64,000 nucleotides of DNA from a virus. Taxonomy: Duplodnaviria; Caudoviricetes. The stretch covers positions 3,153 through 67,152 of the IMG/VR virus record IMGVR_UViG_3300028832_000140; one strand, 5' to 3'. Both the position numbers and the translations under genes were made by a program. The notes beneath the pieces were generated by a model that saw only the letters and a list, made by a program, of their open reading frames with translations, was not told the origin of the DNA and ran no database searches. This document shows positions 46,786-57,266 of this stretch, piece by piece (position 1 is the first letter of the stretch; every line of letters begins with the position of its first letter).

Positions 46786-48001
46786 TGTCCTTTTCCTCCT
46801 GTTTTTGTTCCTTCTCGATACCGATGTATATTTTCGGCATCTTCATGGAGCGTATTTCGAGCATGGTAAAGCACCAAAGCGCTAAAAAGAGCGCCTTGTC
46901 TTCTCCGACAAAAATGTATGCAGCGGAGTAGTATGTGGCTAACGCAATGAACATGTACGTGATAAGTCTATCTATCATAGTTTCTTCCTTTTCGATTGAC
47001 GTCTCTTTTCCGCCTGGACTACCGCCATCCATTCCTGTTCTTCCCTGTACCATCCCTTCGGGAGTACGAGCAACAGTAACTCTGCCTGCTTGCGCTCTTC
47101 CGCGGTAAGTTTGCGCCTGTCGTTCTTTCCCATGTAGTAGTGGGAGAGCCCCAAGGCTACGGCCTCGCAGATTTTAAACTGGTGTTTTGTCAAGTTTACC
47201 ATAGCCAAATACCTCCGACTAAAGAGATGAAAAATACGTCAGCAAGAAATGCGATTAATACGGCAAAACCGCGGTCCGAAATCGGTGAATATCCTCTGTA
47301 ACCGTCTCTCGTCCACGCCCAAATCTGCGATGCGAGAATAAATACGATTATTGCGATTACAGGCAATGAAAGTGTTATTGTCATTTTCTTCTTCTCCTTG
47401 TCTTAAAAGACCAACTATCAAAAGAAACTCCAGCAAGAGTAGCCAGCTCGTTATATTCTTCCGTTTTGCAACTACGGCACTTAAAGTCATGAAAAGTGTA
47501 ACCGATTACTTCGCATCCTTTTACAATAGGTTCGCCGCATACGTGACACTTACGCATTCGCTTGTGAGCGTTGCTGATGTGGTTGTGGCGGTGTCCGCCT
47601 TTCATGCGGTTGCCTACGCCTTCAATGTCTTTGCATTCTGCGATGGTGAGACCTTCAAATGAAGCTCTGGAAGCCCACAGATTATTCAAGTATCTTCCAC
47701 CGTAAGCCTTTTTGAGTTTCTTGAGCTGCTTTGGTCTGCCGCTTTTCAACACTTTTCTAACACGTTCTCGCAGTTGAAATATTGTTTTCTTAATCGTTGC
47801 CATCTCATTATCTCCTTTCAAAGACAACCATAACACACCCGAATAAAAGAGCTGTCACAATAGCGCTTAAAATTTCTATTAAAACACAAGCACCAAACAA
47901 ATCCGTTCGGTTCTCAATAGCACCATAAACAATCGCAATAAGGCAGGCAACATTTAAACATAGGCTAATCATCGCCGTACCGCAAATAATCACTTTAACC
48001 A

Positions 48002-48316
48002 TCACTTCGCCTCCTTGAATTTCTCGGCAAGTTTCAGCCAACGTTTTTCCCATTTCATATAAAGTGCGGCTTGTTTGTCCGTGCCACCTTTTTCGGGGAT
48101 GAAAATTGCAGCAGCCCACTCCGAACGGCAGAGTTTCGCCATCGCCAAGCACCGCTTGTACTTCTGGTGGGCGATCACCTTGTCGGCTTCGGACTTGAGG
48201 TAGACTTTTTCATTTCCTAAAAGTCTAGGACTGTTTTTCTCGTCAACGGCTATAACCGTTGGGCTACCGTCTTCTAACATTTTCCCTAAACCAACTTCAA
48301 ATACTTTCAGTTCCAT
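48002..48316 (-). CDS. Hypothetical, paralog family A
   Basis: VYLKSEADKVIA shared with 48473. Confidence 0.65.
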   Translation of the reverse strand: MELKVFEVGLGKMLEDGSPTVIAVDEKNSPRLLGNEKVYLKSEADKVIAHQKYKRCLAMAKLCRSEWAAAIFIPEKGGTDKQAALYMKWEKRWLKLAEKFKEAK

Positions 48317-48472
48317 CTTATCCTTCCCTGTTAACCGTGTCTTCGTATGTTACGCACTCTTCGTCTTTCTTCTTGGCAAACTTCTTTGTGATGCGTCCGA
48401 AGAAGAATCCGATGAAGTAGCACGTGATGCCCATCACGAAAGCGAATCCAAACGAGCAATCCATATCACCTC

Positions 48473-49015
48473 CTACTTGTAGCGTTCCGCCATTGCTCGG
48501 CACTTACGTTCTACGTTTTCCCAAATTAAAATCCACTTATACGGCCTGTGGTGCGGTGCTTTATATGATATAATCGTTTCGTGCCGAACATTAAAGTCAA
48601 CTATTGCATAACTACTTTCGTCTTGGCAAGTCCAATAGTTAACTTCCTTTACAGCTTCACTAGCTCTCGCCAGCCACAGCGCCCTCTTGAGCCTACGCCC
48701 GCGCATACCCGCGTCCACGCACTCTGCGTATGCGCTCTTCTGCACGTCCTCTAGTTTCGCCTTGAGTTTTGCGTTTTCCATACGCAATGCAACAGTTGCA
48801 TTATGTTCATTCTGCGCATTGTAATGCCATAGGTTTGCTCGGTTATTATGCGCGTTGACTTGCGCCTTGAGTTCCGCAATCACCTTGTCGGCTTCGGACT
48901 TGAGGTAGACTTGTGTAGGCGGCATCTTTACACCGCCAAACAATTCGTCCATATAATCACAATCTTTTTCATTTCGGACAATTTCTTGTGCGGTTGTTGC
49001 TTTCAGTTCGCTCAT
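48473..49015 (-). CDS. Hypothetical, paralog family A
   Basis: VYLKSEADKVIA and RRLKRALWLARA..ERKCRA; start 49015. Confidence 0.65.
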   Translation of the reverse strand: MSELKATTAQEIVRNEKDCDYMDELFGGVKMPPTQVYLKSEADKVIAELKAQVNAHNNRANLWHYNAQNEHNATVALRMENAKLKAKLEDVQKSAYAECVDAGMRGRRLKRALWLARASEAVKEVNYWTCQDESSYAIVDFNVRHETIISYKAPHHRPYKWILIWENVERKCRAMAERYK

Positions 49016-49428
49016 TTGTACTCCTCCGCTTTGGCTCGGCACTTGCGTTCTACGGTGAGCCACTTTCTCATCCATTCTTCGGGAAGCCTTAAAAGACCTT
49101 TTCCATTTAGAGCGCCTTTAATTGTATGACCTCCGTCATATTTAACGCAATAGCCAGTAGAATGATACCATCCACGCGCTTCGGACTCTGCTGCATCAGC
49201 CCTCGCAAGCCACAGCGCACGTTTCAGCCTACGATTTTTGGCGGATTCGCAAGCAATCACTTCTTCACAATAAAAGTGTTGCATCATCCATATCTCGCAT
49301 TTTTTCAGCCGTTCGTTCTCGGCCTGGAGTTCCGCGTTCTCCGCACGCAGTCGGCTGATTTCGTCGATAGCCTTGCCCGTAACATCCATAACGTGCTGTG
49401 GGTTCAAGTGTTTAAGTTCCATTGCCAT
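49012..49428 (-). CDS. Hypothetical, paralog family A
   Basis: RRLKRALWLARA..VERKCRAKAEEYK. Confidence 0.65.
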   Translation of the reverse strand: MAMELKHLNPQHVMDVTGKAIDEISRLRAENAELQAENERLKKCEIWMMQHFYCEEVIACESAKNRRLKRALWLARADAAESEARGWYHSTGYCVKYDGGHTIKGALNGKGLLRLPEEWMRKWLTVERKCRAKAEEYK

Positions 49429-49921
49429 TCTTGATTCTCCATTCGTTTAAACATTTATCGTATTTCTGCGGTACATCTTCCGGCTTGATTTCACCACGAT
49501 CCAAACGCCGTCTCCAGTAGTTCCACGCGCACATTCCAACGCCTCCGTGTTTCTCCGACCATCTAGCTTGATACCTTGCCACGTAGCCCTTGACCTTTTC
49601 GGGGTGATTTCTCTGATAAATCATGCACTTCTGCGAGTTCGTCAGCTTGCCTTTCGGTGTGGCGCTGTACTTGCGCGAAGCCTTGCGGACATTTGCTCTG
49701 TTCTCGCGGAGACGCTTGTCGGTGCTTGGCTTCGGGGCGAAGGCATCTAGGCCGAGATTCGCCAGGCGTTGCCGTGCCATCTGCTGTGCGGTCATTTCAG
49801 CCATTGACGGCCTCCTGCAACCACAGCACGATTTCGCCGAAGTACGCGAAGGCGGTGTAGATGAACAGGCCGTAAATGAGTGCCGCCACGACATACGCCC
49901 ACGCGGCTGTCAGTTTCTCGT

Positions 49922-50872
49922 TCATTTCGCCCTCGCTTCTTCAAGTCTTTTAAACATATCTTCAAGGCCGTGCTTCTTCATGATGGTCTCGTAGAGTTTC
50001 GGGTGATTCATTCGGGCGTAGGAGATTGACCTCATGTCTCCATGTGCAATCGGTACGGGGCAGAACATGCAGCCTGTCCTAGTGCACCCTGTAAGCATAT
50101 ACATTTCGCCTACTCTCACAATATCGCCGTACATAGGAGACAACTGGATATGTCCTTCTGCGATATACTTGAGTACATCTGATTCTGTCCATAACGCAAT
50201 CGGCGTACTCCTGTGTCTACCAGTAAACGAGTTGCAACCGCTCTTTGTCCAGCCAACGGCTCTGCGGAACGATTCCTCCGCGCGTGTCCCGATAAACGGT
50301 GCGCGGCCAGTCTTTCTCTCGTAATCAATCATCGGCAGCTCTTTCATGAGCTTGCAACAATCGGGCGAAATCTTTACACCGCAATCAAGCAAGTATGCGT
50401 ACTTCTTGAATCGTGCCTTGTACCTGTTTTCGTTGCCTTCGGTATCCTTGCCTTCAAATGCGTTCACGGCATACTTGACCCCATTCCTCGCATCCTTAAC
50501 GTACATCGCGACTTCCTTGCTGGGGTAGACTATTCCGTCTTCCTTGAGTATTTTCGGAAAATGCTTGAAGGGGTAGACCTCGGTTACGTTCGCGAACGTT
50601 CTAACGAATTTAACCTGTTCGGGAAACTCAATCCCAGTATTACTGAAGACTGCTGGGACTTCCGCGTACATGGAGCGCACGAGGTCAAGAACCACGGACG
50701 AATCCTTGCCGCCGGAAAAGGACACGTACACCATGCCGTTCTCGCGTTCGTAGAACTCGCGGATAACATCTTTAGCGTGGTCAACCTTCCATGCGAACGG
50801 CTTTTTCTGCAATCGGCGAAGGTCTTCAATAGGCTCTGATTTCAAACTTTGGATGATTTCAGCATCAGTCAT
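49922..50872 (-). CDS. PAPS reductase/PP-loop family protein
   Basis: VSFSGGKDS, TGIEFPE, CC..MK, GTRAEES.RR, RTGCMFC. Confidence 0.88.
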   Translation of the reverse strand: MTDAEIIQSLKSEPIEDLRRLQKKPFAWKVDHAKDVIREFYERENGMVYVSFSGGKDSSVVLDLVRSMYAEVPAVFSNTGIEFPEQVKFVRTFANVTEVYPFKHFPKILKEDGIVYPSKEVAMYVKDARNGVKYAVNAFEGKDTEGNENRYKARFKKYAYLLDCGVKISPDCCKLMKELPMIDYERKTGRAPFIGTRAEESFRRAVGWTKSGCNSFTGRHRSTPIALWTESDVLKYIAEGHIQLSPMYGDIVRVGEMYMLTGCTRTGCMFCPVPIAHGDMRSISYARMNHPKLYETIMKKHGLEDMFKRLEEARAK

Positions 50873-51432
50873 GCCACCTTCCTCCTCTTGGATTTCTTGT
50901 CCGTGGCGAATCCTTCCGGCTGCAATCTGTGGCCTTCCTCGTCATAGTATCCGAGTTGTACGCGCCTCTGGAATACGCTAGGCTGTTCTTTCTTGAGGTT
51001 CTGTATGTACTCTTCGTCTGTGTATCCAGTCAATCGCAAGTAAACCTTATGGAATTCGTCGGCGTTCATTACTTTCTTTTTTATACATTCCCCGCTATAA
51101 TGAACGTAGGCTTCTATACGCCTTCCGTCCTTACGTTTCCATGAGTAGGAAACCGCGTCTACGTTGCAGATTTCTCTAGCTGTTATGGGCTTTCCACAGC
51201 AGAAGCATTCTCCAATGACATCTTCGTAGGACACGCGGTCATCTTCGCGGAGGTCGTACCAGTAAATGCCAGCCTTGACAAATCTGTCTACGCACTCTGC
51301 CACGTACTCGCGCACGTTGCCGCTATATTTGGCCCATAGTTCATTGCATATTGCTTCTGCCTTGCGTTCGCAGATAACATGGAGCGGTTCTTCTTCCACG
51401 GGAGCGAACATGTCAAGCTGTACTGCGTCCAT
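50869..51432 (-). CDS. Hypothetical protein with CxxC
   Basis: ECFCCGKP; coupled to neighbours. Confidence 0.55.
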   Translation of the reverse strand: MDAVQLDMFAPVEEEPLHVICERKAEAICNELWAKYSGNVREYVAECVDRFVKAGIYWYDLREDDRVSYEDVIGECFCCGKPITAREICNVDAVSYSWKRKDGRRIEAYVHYSGECIKKKVMNADEFHKVYLRLTGYTDEEYIQNLKKEQPSVFQRRVQLGYYDEEGHRLQPEGFATDKKSKRRKVA

Positions 51433-51447
51433 AGTATTCCTAGTCCT

Positions 51448-52182
51448 TTAAAAGAGTGAAAGCTGTCCGATTTCCTGTTTCTTGCCGAGAATAAAGTCGC
51501 AAATAAAGTTCCTGGCGTAATCGGGAGAAATCATGGAGCGTTCTTCGGAACAAATTCCCGCTTTTATTCCTTTTTTGCAATCGTTTACCACAAGTCTTTT
51601 TTCTTTTGGTGTAATTTGTATGGTGTTACCTTTTGTTGGTTCAAATCCAAAGCACCAATATGCAGTAGGCTTAACGAAATAGTCGCCTTTCATTTGGCGG
51701 TTTTTGTCTATTATTTTAGGCTTCGGAAAATTTTGGATTCCCGTTAAATAGCCGAGTTCACTATATGGATTTTCTATCACTAAAGGAACTCCATTTTCAT
51801 TTGTTACGGCCAACAATTTGTATAACAGCTCGTGAAAAAAGGTTCTTTTATGCAAGCGTTCAATAGCGTCTTTAATCCTTTCAGGAATGGTTTTATGCCT
51901 ATTATTCAAACTTTCTAGCGAGAAATAAAGCATTTGGATATTTTCAAAGTAAATGCAAGGGAAAAAGGCAACAATGAGGTCGTCCTTCGTTATGCTGTCA
52001 AACACGCTTGCCCCCCCCTCGTAAGCATTTTGTATGTTTTCAAAAAGGTCTACAACGTGGTCTGTTTCTCCGAAATTATTCTGGATGTCGTAATCTTCGG
52101 CAGGGATGCCGAGTTTTATAAACTCGTTCTTAAACGTTCCGCTCTGCTCGAAAAAACAGTGAACCTTACCTTTGATTTCCAT
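51448..52182 (-). CDS. C5 cytosine DNA methyltransferase-like protein
   Basis: FFEQSG (motif I-like), AFFPC (motif IV), IENP (motif VI). Confidence 0.6.
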   Translation of the reverse strand: MEIKGKVHCFFEQSGTFKNEFIKLGIPAEDYDIQNNFGETDHVVDLFENIQNAYEGGASVFDSITKDDLIVAFFPCIYFENIQMLYFSLESLNNRHKTIPERIKDAIERLHKRTFFHELLYKLLAVTNENGVPLVIENPYSELGYLTGIQNFPKPKIIDKNRQMKGDYFVKPTAYWCFGFEPTKGNTIQITPKEKRLVVNDCKKGIKAGICSEERSMISPDYARNFICDFILGKKQEIGQLSLF

Positions 52183-52467
52183 TTGTCGTTTATCCTTGTT
52201 TCAAATCCTTGCCCGCAGTTATGGCCTGCGTGTGGAGGCGCGGCGGTTACACCTTCTCTCTATCGGCACCAGCTAATCCACCGATTTCTATGCCGCCTAG
52301 TGGCGTGGGCGGTAAGCAAAAAATGGAGTCTTCTACGAGCCGCCTCGCCGCGCCATGCGTCCCTAACGTCCTGTTATAGGCGACGCAATTTTCAAGATTT
52401 TTGCACTCCGGGTGCGGAAGTATAGGGGGTGTTGTTTACGGTAAAATGTGTACACCCATCGGGCTAA

Positions 52468-52540
52468 AGCCACCACAAGGAATCGAACCTTGAGCCTTCG
52501 CCTTACAAAGGCGCTGCTCTACCAGTTGAGCTATGATGGC
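52468..52540 (-). tRNA. tRNA-Thr(TGT)
   Basis: GCCATCA TA GCTC-AACTGGTA-GAGC A GCGCC-TTTGTAA-GGCGA AGGCT CAAGG-TTCGATT-CCTTG TGGTGGC T. Confidence 0.92.
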
Positions 52541-52597
52541 CGGCACCCCTTTTCTTCTCGCGGGAAGGGGTCACTCCCGCTTGCCGGAGACACGGCT

Positions 52598-53056
52598 CTA
52601 AAACGGGAGATCGTCGTCGTCGCCGGACGCGTAGGCCTGCTGTTGGGCCATGTTCTGCTGGTAGTCGCTCGCCACCGACTGCCCGAAAACGGAGCCCTGC
52701 TGTCCCTGCGTTGCGCCCTGCGTGCGGGGCGTGAGCAGCTGGAACGTGGAGAGGTTGACTTCAGTCATGCTGCGTTTCTGCCCCTGGTTGTCAGTCCAGC
52801 TGCGGTTCGTGAGCTCGCCTTCCACGTAGAGGCTCGTACCCTTGCAGATTCCGAGCTGTTCGACGATTTCGGCAGTCTTTCCCCAGCCTACGACGTTGTG
52901 CCATTCGGTCTGTTCCTTCTGTTCGCCGTTCTGGTCGCGGTAGCGCTTGGAGGTAGCCAGCGAGAACGAGACGCGCTTCTTTCCGGAAGGTGTCATGGAG
53001 ATTTGTGGGTCCTTGCCCACGTTGCCGATAAGCATCACTTTGTTCAAATAAGCCAT
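52598..53056 (-). CDS. ssb: Single-stranded DNA-binding protein
   Basis: LNKVMLIGNVGKDP..TEWHNVV, C-terminal DDDLPF. Confidence 0.95.
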   Translation of the reverse strand: MAYLNKVMLIGNVGKDPQISMTPSGKKRVSFSLATSKRYRDQNGEQKEQTEWHNVVGWGKTAEIVEQLGICKGTSLYVEGELTNRSWTDNQGQKRSMTEVNLSTFQLLTPRTQGATQGQQGSVFGQSVASDYQQNMAQQQAYASGDDDDLPF

Positions 53057-53254
53057 GTTTCTTTATCCCTTTAGTTTGAGTTCCTGCTGTCGTTTCCTGT
53101 CGACCTTCGTCGGTACCACGTGTTCGCGGTGGCCTTCGTACCCGTGCCGCGCCGCCCACTGTTCCAACGCGTACACAATCCTGTACGCCTGGGAACGTCT
53201 GCCGCATTTTGCGCCGACTATCGACGCGGCTGGGTATTTCAGGAGCCTTTTCAT

Positions 53255-54259
53255 TTAGTCTCCGAACATGTCGTTGTCTTCGGTCGTCGACGATCCTTCT
53301 GTCGGCGCGTCACCGGACGCGGGTTGTTCGGGTTCCTTTTTAGTTTCCTGCTTCGGTGCGGCCTTCGCGGCGGCAACCTTGCCGTTCTTCGTGGCCTGCT
53401 TGGCTTCGGCATCCTTTTCAGCCTTGTCGTCCATCACCGCCTTCCAGGACGTTTCGCCGTCCTTGATTGCGGAGTAGATGGCGCGGAGGGTCTGGAGTTC
53501 GTTCGGGTCGAGCGCGGAGAGTTCGTGGCCGACGTAGTCCTTGAGCGATTCCACAGCGACACCGAGCTGCGCGAAGGCGTCGATCAGGCGGTTCTTGGCG
53601 GCATCCGGGTCGGCGGCGTCCTGCTTCGCCATTGTCTGGCGGACATAGTAAAGAGCCTCGTCCACGAGGTCGCCCGGAATCAGGCGGAGTCCGAGAGTAC
53701 GGACGGCCTTGGAAATCAGAGCGTTCTGCTTATTGAGGATGTCGTCGTCGGTGCCGTGGAGGATGTAGACGGGCTTGCCGTAGGAGTTGGTGCGGACGCG
53801 GATGGGCTTTTCGCCCTGCGGCAGCTTTTGGCGTTCGACGGTCTTGGTGACGGTCACGTCCTGGCTGAAGTAGGTGTTCGTTTCCAGGTCGCTGACGGCG
53901 ACGCGGATCACGCGGCGTTCGTCGTCCTCGGAGACGGTGGCCGTCTCGGTGAGGATGTTGGTCATGTTTCGTATAGCGGCTTCCACGAAGCGGATGCTGG
54001 GGCCTTCGATGCCCTTGCCGACGGGCTTGTGGTAGATGGCTACGTTCGCGAAGCTGGGGCGGCGGGCGTCCTTGAGCATTGCCTGGCGGACCATGTCGAG
54101 GTCACGGGGGCGGGCGAGGGCCATCTTGTAGCGGGCCTCGACGATTGCCTTCTGCTGCGCGGCCATGGCGACGGCGGCGTTTTCGGATGCGGACATTGCC
54201 ACGGCGGGCATCATCTGCTGTTCGGGGGTTGCGATTGCGGGGGTCATTGCTTGTTCCAT
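53255..54259 (-). CDS. Putative recombination/annealing protein
   Basis: Between YqaJ nuclease and SSB; acidic tail. Confidence 0.5.
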   Translation of the reverse strand: MEQAMTPAIATPEQQMMPAVAMSASENAAVAMAAQQKAIVEARYKMALARPRDLDMVRQAMLKDARRPSFANVAIYHKPVGKGIEGPSIRFVEAAIRNMTNILTETATVSEDDERRVIRVAVSDLETNTYFSQDVTVTKTVERQKLPQGEKPIRVRTNSYGKPVYILHGTDDDILNKQNALISKAVRTLGLRLIPGDLVDEALYYVRQTMAKQDAADPDAAKNRLIDAFAQLGVAVESLKDYVGHELSALDPNELQTLRAIYSAIKDGETSWKAVMDDKAEKDAEAKQATKNGKVAAAKAAPKQETKKEPEQPASGDAPTEGSSTTEDNDMFGD

Positions 54260-54285
54260 AGTTTTACCTCTTTGGGGTTGATTGT

Positions 54286-55260
54286 TTAAAATCCTTTTGC
54301 GGTGATGCGGAGTGTTCTATTGCCCGGCTTCGTCTCGGTGTACTTCGCGACGAGCTCCTCGCGCTCGAGTACGCTCATGTTTTCCATGGCGGCCTTTGCG
54401 ACGGCCTCCCAGTCGGTCTTCTGCGAATCCTTGGCGTTCTTCCAGGTGCAGAATCCGGGCACCACCGTGGCGTCGCCCATGAATACCTTGATGCGGTTGC
54501 CAGCCTCGTCCTTCTTCGCCTTGGCGTCCTTCTCGGCGGCGCTGGCGGCCTTGTAGTCGGCCACGTACTTCTGGAGGCTCTCGTCGGCTTCCTTTTCGAG
54601 GTCGGGCGTACCGATGGCGAAAGTGTCCTTGATGTAGGCGGAGGTGTTGTCGTCTCCGCCCGCCTCGGGCATTTCCCCGGAGGCGATAAGCTCGAAAAGG
54701 CTGTCCGCGGCATCGACGATCGCCTTCGCGAGCTCGTCGTCCCATTCCATCTGGTAGATGTAGAAGTCCTGGCCCGCGAACATCACCGCGAGGTGTGCGA
54801 ACCTTGCGCCCGTGACCATCATCTGCACCTGCAGCTGGGTCTTGTAGTATTCGGGGAAGTCGGAGGTCCAGGCGTCGCCCCATTTTTCGTTCTTCCAGTG
54901 GATGTTCTTGGCGTCCACCGGGATTCCGAGGGTGTGGTTCCATCCGTCGAGGGATGCGCCGAGGCGCGGGAAATTGTCGCTGGTGTGGAGGTCGTATCCG
55001 TCCATGTGTTCGACCTTCGCGTAGGTGTCCTCGGCGTACATCTTGAGGATGGCGGGTTCGAATGCGAGCCCGGCACGCATCGCGGCGGTCTGCGCGATTT
55101 CCTGGCCCTGGCCCGTCTTGTCGAGCCACACGCTGAACTTGGATCCGAAGGGGGAGATTCCGAGCAGCTGCGCGGCGTCCGTTCCGGTGACGTAGTGCTT
55201 CCTCTTTTCGAGCCATTCGGCCTTCTTCGTTTCGTCCTTCTGTACTTCGATAAATTCCAT
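54286..55260 (-). CDS. YqaJ-like (lambda exonuclease family) nuclease
   Basis: EWLEKRK..GTDAA, LGASLDG, DAK, YKTQLQVQM. Confidence 0.9.
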   Translation of the reverse strand: MEFIEVQKDETKKAEWLEKRKHYVTGTDAAQLLGISPFGSKFSVWLDKTGQGQEIAQTAAMRAGLAFEPAILKMYAEDTYAKVEHMDGYDLHTSDNFPRLGASLDGWNHTLGIPVDAKNIHWKNEKWGDAWTSDFPEYYKTQLQVQMMVTGARFAHLAVMFAGQDFYIYQMEWDDELAKAIVDAADSLFELIASGEMPEAGGDDNTSAYIKDTFAIGTPDLEKEADESLQKYVADYKAASAAEKDAKAKKDEAGNRIKVFMGDATVVPGFCTWKNAKDSQKTDWEAVAKAAMENMSVLEREELVAKYTETKPGNRTLRITAKGF

Positions 55261-55264
55261 GATG

Positions 55265-56311
55265 CTAGTATTCCACCTTGAGGTTGTTGATTTTTCCGGT
55301 GAGGATGGCCTTCACGACGGCCTTCGCGGATTCTTCCGCGGCGAGTCTGTAGCCCGGGTCTGAATGTCCGGCGATCCGTTTCTTGAGTTCAGGTTCGATG
55401 GTGTCGGCGATGTCGGCGACGATGCGCTTGTTAACCGCCTTCTGTTCGTCGGTCCACTTGGACGGCTTCTGCTCGGGTGCGGTAGCCTGCGGTGCCACGT
55501 AGGCCTTTTTGGCCTTTTCTTCTTCCAGCTTGCGTTCCGCCTCGGCTGCACGGCGTTCGGCCTCTTCCTTCTCGCGTTCCATGCGTGCCTTCTCTGCCGC
55601 AGCCTTCGCCTCCGCTTCTTCCTTGACCCTGCGCTCGGCTTCTTCCTTGATCTTCTGTTCGCGGATGATGCGTTCCGCCTCTTCCTGCTTCCTGCGGAGC
55701 TCTTCGAGCTCGCGGGCCTCCGCTTCGCGCTTCTCCGCTGCCTTCAGCATGGTTTCGAGCGCTGCGATTTCTCCGGTCACGGCCTTGGTGGCCTTTTCGA
55801 GGCTCTCCTTCCATTTTTCGGCGGTGAGCGCGATTGCCTTTACTGATTCGATGTTCTGCTTGATGGTGGCGGAGTCCGCACTGATGAGCTGCTGGTGCAC
55901 GGACTTGATGCGGTCGATTTCGGCTTCGCGTTCCTCGATCTCGGTGACTGGGCGGCGGATTTCTTCCTGGAGGGCTTCCATCTTCTCGCGGAATGCCTTG
56001 CGGTTGTCGTCGATAATGCCGGGGAGCTTCTTGAGCTCCGCGACCACCTGCTTTCCGAGGTTGTCCACCTTGACCCTTACGCTCGCGAGCTGGCGTGCGG
56101 CGCCCTTGATCTGGGATGCGCCCTCCTTCGTGGTCGGGTCGGCCACGAGGCCCTTGGCCTTCGCCTCGATGACGCCGTAGAGGGCGTCGAGGTTCTTGCC
56201 GTCGGTAAAGAATCCCTGCAGTTCCTCGTCATGGCTCACGATGACGCTGTAGTCGTCGAGTACGGCGACGGGCATCTGCTCCGCGATTCCGTTAGTGTTT
56301 ACGTTTTCCAT
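55265..56311 (-). CDS. Coiled-coil phage protein (DUF1351-like)
   Basis: Long E/K/A coiled coil next to recombination genes. Confidence 0.55.
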   Translation of the reverse strand: MENVNTNGIAEQMPVAVLDDYSVIVSHDEELQGFFTDGKNLDALYGVIEAKAKGLVADPTTKEGASQIKGAARQLASVRVKVDNLGKQVVAELKKLPGIIDDNRKAFREKMEALQEEIRRPVTEIEEREAEIDRIKSVHQQLISADSATIKQNIESVKAIALTAEKWKESLEKATKAVTGEIAALETMLKAAEKREAEARELEELRRKQEEAERIIREQKIKEEAERRVKEEAEAKAAAEKARMEREKEEAERRAAEAERKLEEEKAKKAYVAPQATAPEQKPSKWTDEQKAVNKRIVADIADTIEPELKKRIAGHSDPGYRLAAEESAKAVVKAILTGKINNLKVEY

Positions 56312-57266
56312 TTTCCGTGTCTCCGTTGGATTGTGGATTGTTGATAAGTTGTGTCAGTTGTTGACAGATTTACGTGCTTGCCATCTGCGCCTGGAATTCC
56401 ATCACGTAGTCCATGTCCTTGAGCGTGGACTCGTAGGCGAGGCGGCGCTCGTCGGTGCGGAGCAGGATCACGTGGTCGTCAACCTTGCGTCCTGCCGTGA
56501 AGAGGGCCACCAGGCGGCGGCAGCGGCGGTTGTAGATTTCCGCGGCGCGTTCGTGAGCCTCGCGGATGATGTTGATGTCGTTGAGTGTCGTCATTGTCGA
56601 TTGTCCTTTTTGATTTTCTTCAGCCCGTTGAAGTTGCCGTTGTAGCAGGCGTAGCAGATGAAGTAGCGGTTGACCTGCTTGCAGAATTTCTTGAGCCCGC
56701 ATACCGTGCACGTGGCGTACTCGTTGTATTCTGGATGCGGTCGGCCCATTACAGGTTCACCTCGATGTAGCCGAGGATGAGGAACGCCAGGAGCGTCACG
56801 ACCACGATGCCGAACGGGGCCAGGTTGTCGATGATGGCGCGTAGTGCGCGGCGCTTCATCCAGTATTCGGGTGTCTGGTACTCGTTGAACTCGATGTTTT
56901 CGTGGATGCCGTCGTCGGCGGCGTTGCGCGTGAATTCGTTCTTACACATTGTCCGTCTCCTTCCTGGGCGGGCGTCCGCGGCGCTTCGGTGCCGGTGCGG
57001 GTGCGGGGCGGTCCGCGATGGACTTGATTTTCTTCTTGACGGCGCGGCCGAAGGTTTCGTCATTCGCCTCGCCGATTCGGTCCGTGACGAAGCGCGTTAT
57101 ATCGAGTTCAAGGGAACCGGCGAAATACTTGCCCGCGTTCTCGGCGGCCTCGAGGATGGCCTCGCCGATTTTCTTCGCGACGGAATCCGGGTCCTTCATG
57201 ATGGCGGCCTTCGCCACCATGTCCAGGTCTAAATTGCAGTCCATAGTTTCTTTTCTCCTTGTTGAA

